Source of the DNA: Nitrospirota bacterium
GTDB taxonomy: Bacteria; Nitrospirota; Thermodesulfovibrionia; Thermodesulfovibrionales; Dissulfurispiraceae
NCBI GenBank assembly: GCA_040754455.1
Contig: JBFMCP010000007.1
Location: 27,379-91,378, forward strand
Direction of reading: 5' to 3'
DNA length: 64,000 nucleotides
A program made the position numbers and the translations under genes. The notes beneath the pieces were generated by a model. That model did no database searches and had not been told where the DNA came from. It saw only the letters and a program-made list of their open reading frames with translations. This document shows positions 51,969-60,979 of the stretch, one piece after another. Each line of letters begins with the position of its first letter. Within the stretch, counting starts at the first letter, position 1.

Positions 51969-52868
51969 ATGATAACAGCGCAGCGACACAACATGTTCCA
52001 GCAGGAGTGGACAGGAAAAGGTGAGCGGGGAATACGGGACTTCCTCCTCATCCCGGCGATCTTCTTCGGGGCCGTATGCCCGGGGCTCTTTATCTCATCA
52101 GTGCTCACCGATTATGTTCCGGGTTATTGGGTAGCCCTGGCGCTCAATCTGATAGGCTACGGCGTAGCGCATCTCCTCTTCCTCGGAAGGATGGAGCGGT
52201 TCTGGAGAGCGGTCATCAACCTGAGGACCTCATGGATCAGCAGAGGGTTCCTCTTCAATGCGATGTTCAGCCTTTTCGGGCTGCTCTACGCACTTTCTGA
52301 AGCTGCGGACCTGCCAATTCTGAGCGGCCCGGCAGTGAACGCCCTACTCAAATTGATGAGCATCCTCTCCGCCGTCTTGTTTGCGGCCTATCCGGGCTTT
52401 ATGATCTCGATCGTCAAGGCCATTCCCTTCTGGCGTTCTACGCTCGAGCCGGTGCTTTTCTTCCTCCAGGGCGTCATGGGCGGCATGGCGATTCAGGTGC
52501 TCCTTATGAGTATCATTGCTCTGCCGGGAGCCGCTGATAACGCATTGATAAAAATAAACACCATACTCGTTCTGATCGTACTACTCCTTTTCATGACGGC
52601 GCTGGTGATCAAGGCACTGCACGGAGGCGCAGAAAAGATATCGGTAACTTTTCTTACAACAGGAGCATTTTCTCCTGTATTCATTGGCGGGACTATTATC
52701 GTCGGTCTGGTGGTACCGCTTTTTCTCCTCATTGCAGGGCTTTTTCTGAATCTTGATTTCGGCGCCTACCGCTCTTTATATTACATAGCACTGCTTATGG
52801 AGCTGGTAGGTATCTATCTCGGCAAGTACAGCATTCTGAGAGCAGGCGCGTATGCACCGCTGAAGTAG
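51969..52868 (+). CDS. NrfD/DmsC-family membrane anchor (PadD-like)
   Basis: QQEW, HL.FLGRMERFWRA...RTSWISRG and IPFW motifs; multiple TM helices. Confidence 0.85.
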   Translation: MITAQRHNMFQQEWTGKGERGIRDFLLIPAIFFGAVCPGLFISSVLTDYVPGYWVALALNLIGYGVAHLLFLGRMERFWRAVINLRTSWISRGFLFNAMFSLFGLLYALSEAADLPILSGPAVNALLKLMSILSAVLFAAYPGFMISIVKAIPFWRSTLEPVLFFLQGVMGGMAIQVLLMSIIALPGAADNALIKINTILVLIVLLLFMTALVIKALHGGAEKISVTFLTTGAFSPVFIGGTIIVGLVVPLFLLIAGLFLNLDFGAYRSLYYIALLMELVGIYLGKYSILRAGAYAPLK

Positions 52869-52986
52869 CATGCTCGCAGGATTCAGCCGAGGCAACCGTT
52901 CAGGCAGGTGACACTGTTTGGACGGTTTTGCGTATTGAAGAGCTGACAGCTATCATACAAAATAACATGCTGTAATGGAGGAAACG

Positions 52987-54885
52987 ATGGGCAGGTACGA
53001 GGAGATCTTCAGGAAGAGCATACAGGATCCTCACGGCTTTTGGGGAGAAGCGGCTGAGGCGTTATCCTGGTACAGGAAGTGGGACAAGGTGCTTGATAAT
53101 ACGAATCCGCCGTTTTACCGCTGGTTTGCAGGTGGTGAGATGAACACCTGCTATAACACGCTCGACCGTCATGTCGAAGGTGGCAGGGCGGACCAGGTTG
53201 CACTGATTTACGACAGCCCGGTAACCAACCAGGTTCAGAAATTTACCTACCGTGAGCTGCGGGACAGGGTGGCGCGTTTCGCAGGCGTCCTCAAGGGCCT
53301 CGGTGTCGAAAAGGGCGACCGGATCGTTATCTATATGCCGATGATCCCCGAGGCGGTCGTCGCCATGCTCGCCTGCGCGCGCCTCGGCGCCATCCATTCG
53401 GTGGTCTTTGGCGGCTTCGCATCCAATGAGCTCGCCATAAGGATCGATGACGCAAAACCGAAAGTGATCATCTCCGCATCTGGTGCCATTGAAGTGAAGC
53501 GGCTCATCGAGTACAAGCCCTTGCTCGACAGGGCCATTGAGCTTGCCTCCCATAAGCCTCAAACGTGCGTGATCTTCCAGAGGCCATTGATCAAGGCTGA
53601 AATGATATCGGGCAGGGACCTCGATTGGGAGGAATTGGCGGCAAGGGCAGAGCCGGCGGATTGTGTCCCTGTCAAGGCAACCGATCCCCTTTATATCCTC
53701 TACACCTCCGGCACGACCGGCATGCCGAAAGGCGTGGTGAGAGACAACGGCGGCCACGCTGTGGCTCTGCGATGGAGCATGGAACATGTATACGGCATGA
53801 AGCCCGGAGAGGTGTACTGGGCCGCATCCGACGTGGGCTGGGTTGTGGGGCATTCCTATATTGTTTATGGGCCGCTCCTGACCGGATGCACAACGATCCT
53901 CTATGAGGGCAAGTCCGTCGGCACGCCTGACCCCGGTGCCTTCTGGAGAGTCATCTCGCAACATGGCGTGAAAGCGCTCTTTACTGCACCGACCGCGTTT
54001 CGCGCCATAAAGAAAGAGGACCCGAATGGTGAGTATGTAAGGAAATACGATCTTTCGGGATTCAAATATCTCTTCCTCGCCGGAGAGCGGCTCGATCCGG
54101 ACACCTACCACTGGGCGCATAATTTATTGCAGTGTCCTGTGATTGACCATTGGTGGCAGACGGAGACAGGATGGCCGATTACGGCCAATTGCATGGGCAT
54201 AGAACAGTTCCCGATCAAGCCAGGCTCCTCGACCAAACCGGTGCCCGGATACGATGTCAGGGTCCTCGACGGCAACGGCAAGGAGCTCGGACCGAACCAG
54301 GAAGGCCTCGTCGCCATTAAGCTCCCCTTGCCGCCGGGAACGCTTCCCACGCTCTGGCAGGCCGATGAGCGGTTCATGACATCGTACATGAGCATGTTCC
54401 CGGGATACTATTTCACGAGCGACGGCGGGTACAGGGATGAAGAGGGATATACCTTCATCATGGGACGTGTCGATGACGTGATCAATGTCGCCGGACATCG
54501 GCTCTCGACGGGTGCCATGGAAGAGATCATTGCAAAGCACCCTGCAGTTGCCGAATGCGCGGTGATCGGTGCTGCTGATTCCCTCAAGGGACAGCTCCCG
54601 GTGGGATTCATTGTACTGAAGGCCGGTGCTAACGGCAACAGCGAAAAGATCAAAGAGGAGCTTGTCCAGATGGTACGCGGCCAGATCGGTCCGATCGCCT
54701 GCTATAGAGAAACCGCGGTTGTCGCGCGGCTTCCAAAGACGCGTTCGGGCAAAATCCTGCGGGGCATCATGCGGAAGATTGCGGACGGACAGGAATACCG
54801 CATGCCGTCCACCATCGATGATCCTGCGATCCTCGGCGAGATCGAGGAGGCGCTGAAGGGGATTGGATACGCTAAGAAGAAGTAG
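52987..54885 (+). CDS. prpE: Propionyl-CoA synthetase (propionate--CoA ligase)
   Basis: YTSGTTGMPKGVVRDNGG, WAASDVGWVVGHSY, DHWWQTETGW and LPKTRSGKILR motifs, typical of PrpE rather than Acs. Confidence 0.85.
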   Translation: MGRYEEIFRKSIQDPHGFWGEAAEALSWYRKWDKVLDNTNPPFYRWFAGGEMNTCYNTLDRHVEGGRADQVALIYDSPVTNQVQKFTYRELRDRVARFAGVLKGLGVEKGDRIVIYMPMIPEAVVAMLACARLGAIHSVVFGGFASNELAIRIDDAKPKVIISASGAIEVKRLIEYKPLLDRAIELASHKPQTCVIFQRPLIKAEMISGRDLDWEELAARAEPADCVPVKATDPLYILYTSGTTGMPKGVVRDNGGHAVALRWSMEHVYGMKPGEVYWAASDVGWVVGHSYIVYGPLLTGCTTILYEGKSVGTPDPGAFWRVISQHGVKALFTAPTAFRAIKKEDPNGEYVRKYDLSGFKYLFLAGERLDPDTYHWAHNLLQCPVIDHWWQTETGWPITANCMGIEQFPIKPGSSTKPVPGYDVRVLDGNGKELGPNQEGLVAIKLPLPPGTLPTLWQADERFMTSYMSMFPGYYFTSDGGYRDEEGYTFIMGRVDDVINVAGHRLSTGAMEEIIAKHPAVAECAVIGAADSLKGQLPVGFIVLKAGANGNSEKIKEELVQMVRGQIGPIACYRETAVVARLPKTRSGKILRGIMRKIADGQEYRMPSTIDDPAILGEIEEALKGIGYAKKK

Positions 54886-54939
54886 GCTATGGGCAAAGGG
54901 TGGCAAGAAAATTAAAATCTTAACACGAGTTGCGCTCGT

Positions 54940-55125
54940 TCGTCATTCCGGGCTTGACCCGGAATCCGGACGTCGTCCCCGTGAAAACGGGGCACCGGAA
55001 CCTATTTACGAATGGGTTCATAAGTAAGAGAACCGTTGTTTGTCATTCCGGCTTGTCCGGAACCTTTCTTTCCTGAAGGATTCCCGACGCGCTCTGCTTG
55101 CGGGAATGACACCTTACTTATGTAC
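54940..55125. repeat. Cluster of REP/MITE-like palindromes
   Basis: GTCATTCCGGGCTTGACCCGGAATCC; TGTCATTCC...GGGAATGACA bracketed by CATAAGTAAG/CTTACTTATG inverted repeats. Confidence 0.75.
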
Positions 55126-55241
55126 TCCTTAGTTATTTATCGCTCCAAGCCCCTCACCGATTTCTCTTTTATCATGCTCCCTTCTTTTTTGACAGTAAAA
55201 TTGACAGCAAGGGAATGGCGTCAATGTTGTGACCTGCTCCA

Positions 55242-55270
55242 TTGACAAAAAAAGAGAGAACCTATAAAAT
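55242..55270 (+). promoter_or_regulatory. sigma70 promoter upstream of the riboswitch
   Basis: TTGACA-17nt-TAAAAT. Confidence 0.7.
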
Positions 55271-55297
55271 TCCTACGCTCTCATGCTCTATGACCTT

Positions 55298-55388
55298 GTT
55301 CGAAAGGGCAAACCATCCGAAAGGACGGGACGCAAAGCCTACGACCTAAGGGCTGTTTAACAGTCAATGGTAGCCAGGCTGCCGAAGA
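55298..55388 (+). ncRNA. c-di-GMP-I (GEMM-I) riboswitch aptamer
   Basis: GGGCAAACC..GAAA..GGGACGCAAAGC..CTAAGG..ATGGTAGCC.GGCTGCCGAA consensus. Confidence 0.9.
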
Positions 55389-55558
55389 GGGGATAGTTTC
55401 GTCACCGTAGTTTTCCCGTTCTTCGAACAACATTACATCGCTCTGCAGCGCAGGTCATTGATAGTGAAAGGTGGTGATAGGGGGACCTCTGCTGATTGAC
55501 GTTTTGTTGTTGTGCAACAAAGGAGTTGTGATCTTACTAATGCAATAAGGAGGAAGAC

Positions 55559-55831
55559 GTGACGAAGGCGGATTTGATTGAGAAGATCGCAGCATCGGCG
55601 CATCTCACGAAGGCGGATGCAGAAAGGGCGCTCAATGCTGCATTGGACACGGTAAAGGGCGCGCTGAGCAAGGGGAAGAAGGTTACCCTTGTCGGTTTCG
55701 GTACTTTCTCGGTTTCGAAGAGAAAGGCGCGAAAGGGACGCAATCCGAGGACTGGTGCGGTTATCAAGATTGCTGCTGCAAAGGTCCCGAAATTTACCGC
55801 CGGTAAGGCTTTTAAAGATGCGGTAAGATAG
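55559..55831 (+). CDS. hup: HU family DNA-binding protein
   Basis: [21 protein letters not shown] and [14 protein letters not shown] motifs; AAGGAGG RBS. Confidence 0.96.
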   Translation: MTKADLIEKIAASAHLTKADAERALNAALDTVKGALSKGKKVTLVGFGTFSVSKRKARKGRNPRTGAVIKIAAAKVPKFTAGKAFKDAVR

Positions 55832-55868
55832 CGGGCTGTTGCCCGGCTGGGGTATTTTCCTTGGCAAG

Positions 55869-55902
55869 AAGGGATAGTTCTGCAAAGGGCTATCCCTTTT
55901 TT
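55869..55902 (+). terminator. Intrinsic terminator
   Basis: AAGGGATAGTTC-tgcaaa-GGGCTATCCCTTTTTT. Confidence 0.85.
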
Positions 55903-55939
55903 ATTGATGCGCTCCCGCCCCTTCTGTTGTGCAGTAATT

Positions 55940-56356
55940 TTAAACGTAAATTGAGAGATTGAGGGATTTTGGTGAGAGGTCGGGATGATAGTTATGCTCG
56001 ATGATCTCTTTTCTCACTCCGAGAGCTGCCGCCCGTTCTGCTTCTTTCAGCTCCTCCGGGGTGAGGATTTCTGTGATATCGACAAAGGCATCCTCGTCGC
56101 CTCGTATGATCACCCTCGAAGGATGATAAACGCCCGTCTCCTCAGTGGCCTCGGCTTGAGCGGAGCGGACCACCGTATCCGTTGCAACAGCTTCCGTGGT
56201 AAATGGGGCCTGAGTGCTCTTCCCCCTGCTCCTCGTTACGGGCAAGAGAGGTGGCGTATGCCCTATATTGTTTGTTTCCACAGGAGCCACAAAGGGCTCA
56301 TTCTGTGCACTTATTGAAACGACCTGTCGGGGGTAGATAGTGCTTTCTATTCTCAT
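55940..56356 (-). CDS. Hypothetical protein
   Basis: 138-aa ORF with GGGAG RBS that converges on the HU terminator. Confidence 0.65.
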   Translation of the reverse strand: MRIESTIYPRQVVSISAQNEPFVAPVETNNIGHTPPLLPVTRSRGKSTQAPFTTEAVATDTVVRSAQAEATEETGVYHPSRVIIRGDEDAFVDITEILTPEELKEAERAAALGVRKEIIEHNYHPDLSPKSLNLSIYV

Positions 56357-56492
56357 GGCGGTACTCCCGGGTGGTATAGTACAAGCATATCACATTGCTC
56401 GTGTGCAGGCAATGTGTGGTACTGCCCAGAAATCTGGATAGCACCACCTCTCTCGTGATACTATAAGGACCAGAACGAAATCTGGCACGACG

Positions 56493-57434
56493 TTGAGGTG
56501 GCGCATCACAACATATATTTTCAAACGATTGCTTCTTCTCATTCCGCTGCTGCTGGGCATTACCCTCTTTGCCTTTCTGCTCCTCAAGACCCTTCCCGGC
56601 GATATTGTACTGAGTCTCGTTGGTGAGCGGGCGAGCCCCGAGGTGATCGAGAGCATCAGAAGGGAGCTTGGTGCGGACGAGGGTGTTCTTGCTCAGTATG
56701 TCGGATATCTGAAATTGCTGATGCAAGGAGATTTCGGGAGATCGTATCATACCAATAGAGAGGTGCTCGCGGATATCCTCATGAAGTTTCCCAACACCCT
56801 GCGACTTGCCCTTGCGGCGATGCTCATCTCTATTCCCGGCGGTATCCTCCTGGGCTTTATTGCGGCGTATCGCAGGGGAGGGCTTGTAGAACAGTGTATC
56901 AACGCGCTCTCTATCGGGGGACTGAGCATTCCTGTGTTCTGGAGCGCGATCATGATTATGATTCTCTTCAGCCTCACGTTGAAGCTTTTCCCTCCGTCGG
57001 GAACGGGAGGCTTCAAATTTCTTGTGCTCCCTGCCTTTGTGCTGTCCATCCCCGCCACTTCAACTCTGATACGGGTGACCAAAACAACGGTAGCGGATAT
57101 CCTGGCGATGCCTTACATTACCACGGCCCGCGCGAAAGGAGTCTCGCTGCTGCGCATACGGGCGGTGCATGTATTTAAAAACGCGGTCATTCCGATCGTT
57201 ACCATTATAGGACTTGATTTCGGCAGTTATCTGAACGGGGCGGTGGTGACCGAGACCATCTTCGGCTGGGACGGCATCGGGAGGTTTACCATGGAAGGCA
57301 TTCTGAAGAGAGACTATCCTGTCATCATGGGATGCATCATCATAGGGACTATTGTGTTCGTTATGATCAACCTGATCACGGATATCGTGTATCATTATCT
57401 CGACCCGAGGATCCGGCTGCATGGGAAAGAGTGA
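56493..57434 (+). CDS. Peptide/nickel ABC permease (OppB/DppB-like)
   Basis: LPGD, QYVGYL..GDFGRS, TARAKG and GAVVTETIF motifs. Confidence 0.93.
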   Translation: MRWRITTYIFKRLLLLIPLLLGITLFAFLLLKTLPGDIVLSLVGERASPEVIESIRRELGADEGVLAQYVGYLKLLMQGDFGRSYHTNREVLADILMKFPNTLRLALAAMLISIPGGILLGFIAAYRRGGLVEQCINALSIGGLSIPVFWSAIMIMILFSLTLKLFPPSGTGGFKFLVLPAFVLSIPATSTLIRVTKTTVADILAMPYITTARAKGVSLLRIRAVHVFKNAVIPIVTIIGLDFGSYLNGAVVTETIFGWDGIGRFTMEGILKRDYPVIMGCIIIGTIVFVMINLITDIVYHYLDPRIRLHGKE

Positions 57435-58278
57435 TCCGATGCCCTTGCAACGAGTTCTGAGCACGCCGAAACTGTCGGTCCCTCTCTTGATCATACTCCT
57501 CTTCTTTGCGCTTTCGCTCCTCGCTCCCCTGCTCCCACTCCACGATCCGGGCAGGATCGATCTCGAATTACTGAGAATGCCGCCGAGCTTTGAGCATCCC
57601 TTCGGAACGGACAACAAGGGAAGGGACCTCTTTTCGAGGGTCATTTACGGGGCGAAGATATCCATAGGGGTGGCGATGATTGCTGCATCGGTATCCGCAG
57701 CCATCGGATTTATCGTAGGATTGACATCGGGCTACTTTGGCGGAAAGTTCGATGCAGTGGTCATGTCGGTGGTCGATTTCATTCTCTCGTTCCCTTCCCT
57801 GCTCCTGGCTATCGCCATTTCAGTAGTCCTGCCGCCGGGACTTTATACGGTGATGATCGCATTGACGGTGGTGGGCTGGGCCTCCTTTGCACGATTGGTG
57901 AGAGGGCATGTGCTTACCCTAAAGAGTATGGCCTTTGTTGATGCAGCGAGAGCGGTGGGGTGCAGCACCGCACGCATACTCTTCATCCATATTGCGCCCC
58001 TCTGTATTCCTCTTGCGCTGGTGATGATGGGAATAAAGCTTGGCGGCTTTATGCTTACCGAGGCGACCCTGAGTTTCCTGGGGCTTGGAGCGCAACCGCC
58101 CGCGCCCACCTGGGGGGCAATGATCAGTGCGCACAGAACGTATATTCTTACTGCTCCGTGGATGGTGGTGTTTCCGGGACTTGCACTATCGGTGGTCGCC
58201 TTTTGCTTTAACTTGGCGGGTGAGGCATTGAAGCAGAAATACGAACTGAAGGAGCGTGGCCGGGGGGATGCCGCTTAG
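57421..58278 (+). CDS. Peptide/nickel ABC permease (OppC/DppC-like)
   Basis: HPFGTDNKGRD, FVDAARAVG, EATLSFLGLG and WGAMI motifs. Confidence 0.93.
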   Translation: MGKSDPMPLQRVLSTPKLSVPLLIILLFFALSLLAPLLPLHDPGRIDLELLRMPPSFEHPFGTDNKGRDLFSRVIYGAKISIGVAMIAASVSAAIGFIVGLTSGYFGGKFDAVVMSVVDFILSFPSLLLAIAISVVLPPGLYTVMIALTVVGWASFARLVRGHVLTLKSMAFVDAARAVGCSTARILFIHIAPLCIPLALVMMGIKLGGFMLTEATLSFLGLGAQPPAPTWGAMISAHRTYILTAPWMVVFPGLALSVVAFCFNLAGEALKQKYELKERGRGDAA

Positions 58279-58676
58279 CGCTCCCTGAGCTTTTCCTCTT
58301 CCTCCTGCTCGGTCTTGCAATCGATGCACATGGTGGTGACCGGTCTGGCCTCGAGCCGCTTGATGCTGATCTCTTCGCCGCATATCTCGCAGATACCATA
58401 CGTGCCGGCATCGATCTTTTCGATCGCCTCTTCGATTTTCTTGAGCAGTTTTCTCTCTCTCCCTCTCAACCGCAGCATGAAGTTCCGGTCGATTTCCGCC
58501 GAGGCCTGGTCGCCCATTTCGGGAAAGATGCTCTCGTCGGGAAGGGTGTTGAGCGCGGTTCCTGCTTCTGAAAGCAGGGCCTCTTTCTGCTCGACCAGTT
58601 TCTTCTTGATCTCCTGGAGCTTCCTCTCCCTTTCTGAGCTCTCTTTGTCCGCTTTTCCTTTATTGTTGTTCTTCAT
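58275..58676 (-). CDS. dksA: RNA polymerase-binding protein DksA/TraR family
   Basis: GTYGICEICGEEISIKRLEARP...CIDCK; coiled-coil tip reads EMGDQA. Confidence 0.9.
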   Translation of the reverse strand: MKNNNKGKADKESSERERKLQEIKKKLVEQKEALLSEAGTALNTLPDESIFPEMGDQASAEIDRNFMLRLRGRERKLLKKIEEAIEKIDAGTYGICEICGEEISIKRLEARPVTTMCIDCKTEQEEEEKLRER

Positions 58677-58947
58677 GTCCGCCTCTTGAATATGGGTTGA
58701 GATACAACGTATCTTCAAAGATACCAGAAAGCGTGTTGGATAGTCAAACAACGCCGCCACCGTATAAGATCATGGAAAACAAAGAAATGCTTGACAAGCG
58801 AACAAAACTGTATGAATCTTTATATAAGACAAATATGGTTGAAATACTTGACAATCGGGGAAGCGAGTAAGATACAATTAAAGGCCGATACAAAAACGGT
58901 CGGTCAGATGTGTTCACTGCAATGCATTTGAAGAACGTGAGGTGCTT

Positions 58948-59229
58948 ATGACAAAAGCGGATATTGTGAATTTTGTGTTTGAGAAGGTGGGACTTCCGAG
59001 AAACGAGGCCCAGAACATTGTCGAGACGGTGTTCGACTCCATCAAGCAGACCCTGATAGAGGGGGAGTCCATTAAGGTTTCCGGCTTCGGCACCTTCAAT
59101 GTCAGGAAAAAGAATGCGCGCGTCGGAAGGAATCCCAAGACAAAGGAAGAGGTGGAGATCACACCGCGCCGGGTGGTTACCTTCAAGGCGAGCGACCAGC
59201 TGAAAGAGGCTGTTGAAAAAGGGCTCTAA
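58948..59229 (+). CDS. ihfA: Integration host factor alpha subunit
   Basis: MTKADIV, SGFGTF, GRNPKT and ITPRRVVTF motifs; ihfA-merR-tRNA-Pro order. Confidence 0.9.
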   Translation: MTKADIVNFVFEKVGLPRNEAQNIVETVFDSIKQTLIEGESIKVSGFGTFNVRKKNARVGRNPKTKEEVEITPRRVVTFKASDQLKEAVEKGL

Positions 59230-59274
59230 GATTCCCGCCATTTATTTTAAGGGAGTCTTTGGAATATACTGTTC

Positions 59275-59700
59275 ATGATGCCTGGAGCATACAAGTCACC
59301 TCAGCCGTTGAGGTTGTTCCCCGAAAAGCTTTTCTATAAGATCGGGGAGGTCAGCAAGCTCGTCGGCGTTGAGTCCTATGTACTGCGATACTGGGAAACA
59401 GAATTCCCTTTTCTCAAGCCGAGAAAAAGCAAGTCAGGACAGCGCATCTATACCAAGGCGGATATTGATCTGATCCTGCAGATCAAAAAGCTCCTTTACG
59501 AAGAAAAGTATACGATTGACGGCGTACGGCGTAGATTCGGCGATCCAGCAGGAGAACCGGAAACGGTAACTCCCCCGGTGGAGGTGACCGAAAGAGAGCA
59601 GCAAACGGAAAGGCCAGTTGTCAGTGCCGATGCCGAGAAGATTCTTACCCTGGTGAAGTCAAGGCTCAGAGAGATACTTCACCTCCATTTCGGGGCGTAG
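59275..59700 (+). CDS. MerR family transcriptional regulator
   Basis: KLFYKIGEVS, VLRYWETEFP and LLYEEKYTIDG motifs. Confidence 0.92.
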   Translation: MMPGAYKSPQPLRLFPEKLFYKIGEVSKLVGVESYVLRYWETEFPFLKPRKSKSGQRIYTKADIDLILQIKKLLYEEKYTIDGVRRRFGDPAGEPETVTPPVEVTEREQQTERPVVSADAEKILTLVKSRLREILHLHFGA

Positions 59701-59765
59701 CGCAGTCTGGTTAGCGCACTCGCTTGGGGTGCGAGAGGTCGGCCGTTCGAATCGGCTCGCCCCGA
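59691..59765 (+). tRNA. tRNA-Pro (GGG), CCA not encoded
   Basis: Acceptor stem CGGGGCG/CGCCCCG, anticodon arm CTCGC-TTGGGGT-GCGAG and T arm GTTCGAATC. Confidence 0.96.
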
Positions 59766-59860
59766 TTATTTTCCCTCCCTGCATGCATCACGTAAATCCT
59801 GCAGTGGTTATGCTGTTCCGCTTATTGACGGAAACGAAGAACTGCTGATGCCGGAAGGTA

Positions 59861-60238
59861 TCAGTGAGCGAGAGGGGCTGCCTCGAGAGCGCGGCCTGCC
59901 ATTGCCTTTACTTCAGAGAGTTCAAAGGGTTTTGAGATAAAGCAAAAGGCGTTTTCTTTGATCACCCTCCTCACGGAATGGTCAAGGTAGCTCCCTGACA
60001 TAATCGCGACTTTGGTATGGGGGGAGATATCCTTTATCCGCTGCATGATATTCACGCCGTTCAGGTCGGGAAGATATACATCGAGAAGACAGAGGTCGTA
60101 ATGGTGCGCAGCGATTTCGCGCAGAGCATCTTTTCCGTTCGTGACTGTAGTGATCTCAGTGCCTTCGGCTGCTAAGAGTTTCGAGAGCACGAGAAGGATG
60201 AGCGACTCATCATCGACAATAAGAATTCTTTTTCTCAT
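59861..60238 (-). CDS. Single-domain response regulator
   Basis: ILIVDDE, LLDVYLPDLNG, MSG and SKPF motifs. Confidence 0.93.
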   Translation of the reverse strand: MRKRILIVDDESLILLVLSKLLAAEGTEITTVTNGKDALREIAAHHYDLCLLDVYLPDLNGVNIMQRIKDISPHTKVAIMSGSYLDHSVRRVIKENAFCFISKPFELSEVKAMAGRALEAAPLAH

Positions 60239-60260
60239 AATGATTGCCTTTATTGAATAT

Positions 60261-60276
60261 TGCAAATGACGTGCCA
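60261..60276 (-). promoter_or_regulatory. sigma54 promoter
   Basis: Reverse complement reads TGGCAC-GTCAT-TTGCA, a full consensus match. Confidence 0.8.
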
Positions 60277-60507
60277 TAAAGCAATGCTTCCTCTCCTATA
60301 ACGCAAACTGATCAATTCAGGAGGGTGTGAACGGTGAAAAGAAGCAGAAGAGGTCGAAGTCGTCCGGCGAAAATGTGTATTATTGAGCCATATTTCTGAC
60401 GAAGCAATGACAATTTTCTGACGAAGATCCCCCGGACAAAGGAGCTTCCTTGCCCCATATACGAGGAACATTAAGGTGCATTTTTTATGCTGGAATGCCT
60501 TTGTTGC

Positions 60508-60813
60508 TTATTTTTGTGATTGCCGTAATCGCTCATCCTCTTCAGCCCTTTGAATGAGCCACTCGCCGACTGACCGGGCGACCTCGGGGCGCATCATGAG
60601 GCCTATCATGATTTCTCTGGTGATATACTGGCGGTTGGGGTGTTGTGAAATTTCTTTCCCCGCTTCATCGACGACAATCCTCTCAGGAAGCTCAAGTCTC
60701 TCAATGAAGAATTCACAGTTGACAAGGCCATGAGGGGTCAAACCGCCCCAAACCCCGGAAACAGGAATAATCTTATAGTCCTTATCCTTTCTCGAAAATA
60801 TGTCGACAGGCAT
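60508..60813 (-). CDS. Conserved hypothetical protein (GVWGGLTP.G / MRPEVARSV motif)
   Basis: AAAGGAG RBS; 101-aa ORF. Confidence 0.75.
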   Translation of the reverse strand: MPVDIFSRKDKDYKIIPVSGVWGGLTPHGLVNCEFFIERLELPERIVVDEAGKEISQHPNRQYITREIMIGLMMRPEVARSVGEWLIQRAEEDERLRQSQK

Positions 60814-60953
60814 GATATTCTCCTTTTCAAATGGTATGTGTTCATTATACATCAACAAACCTTATTCCACTTCAATATTCATGCTTCGGAGGTGTTCGTC
60901 TTTCCCTCAGAAATAGCATTATGGTGATAGCAGTATGAAAGCTCTTGACGGCT

Positions 60954-60972
60954 TGTAACCTGATAGGTTACA
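60954..60972. promoter_or_regulatory. higBA operator palindrome
   Basis: TGTAACCT-gat-AGGTTACA just downstream of TTGACG. Confidence 0.75.
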
Positions 60973-60979
60973 TGTAGGC

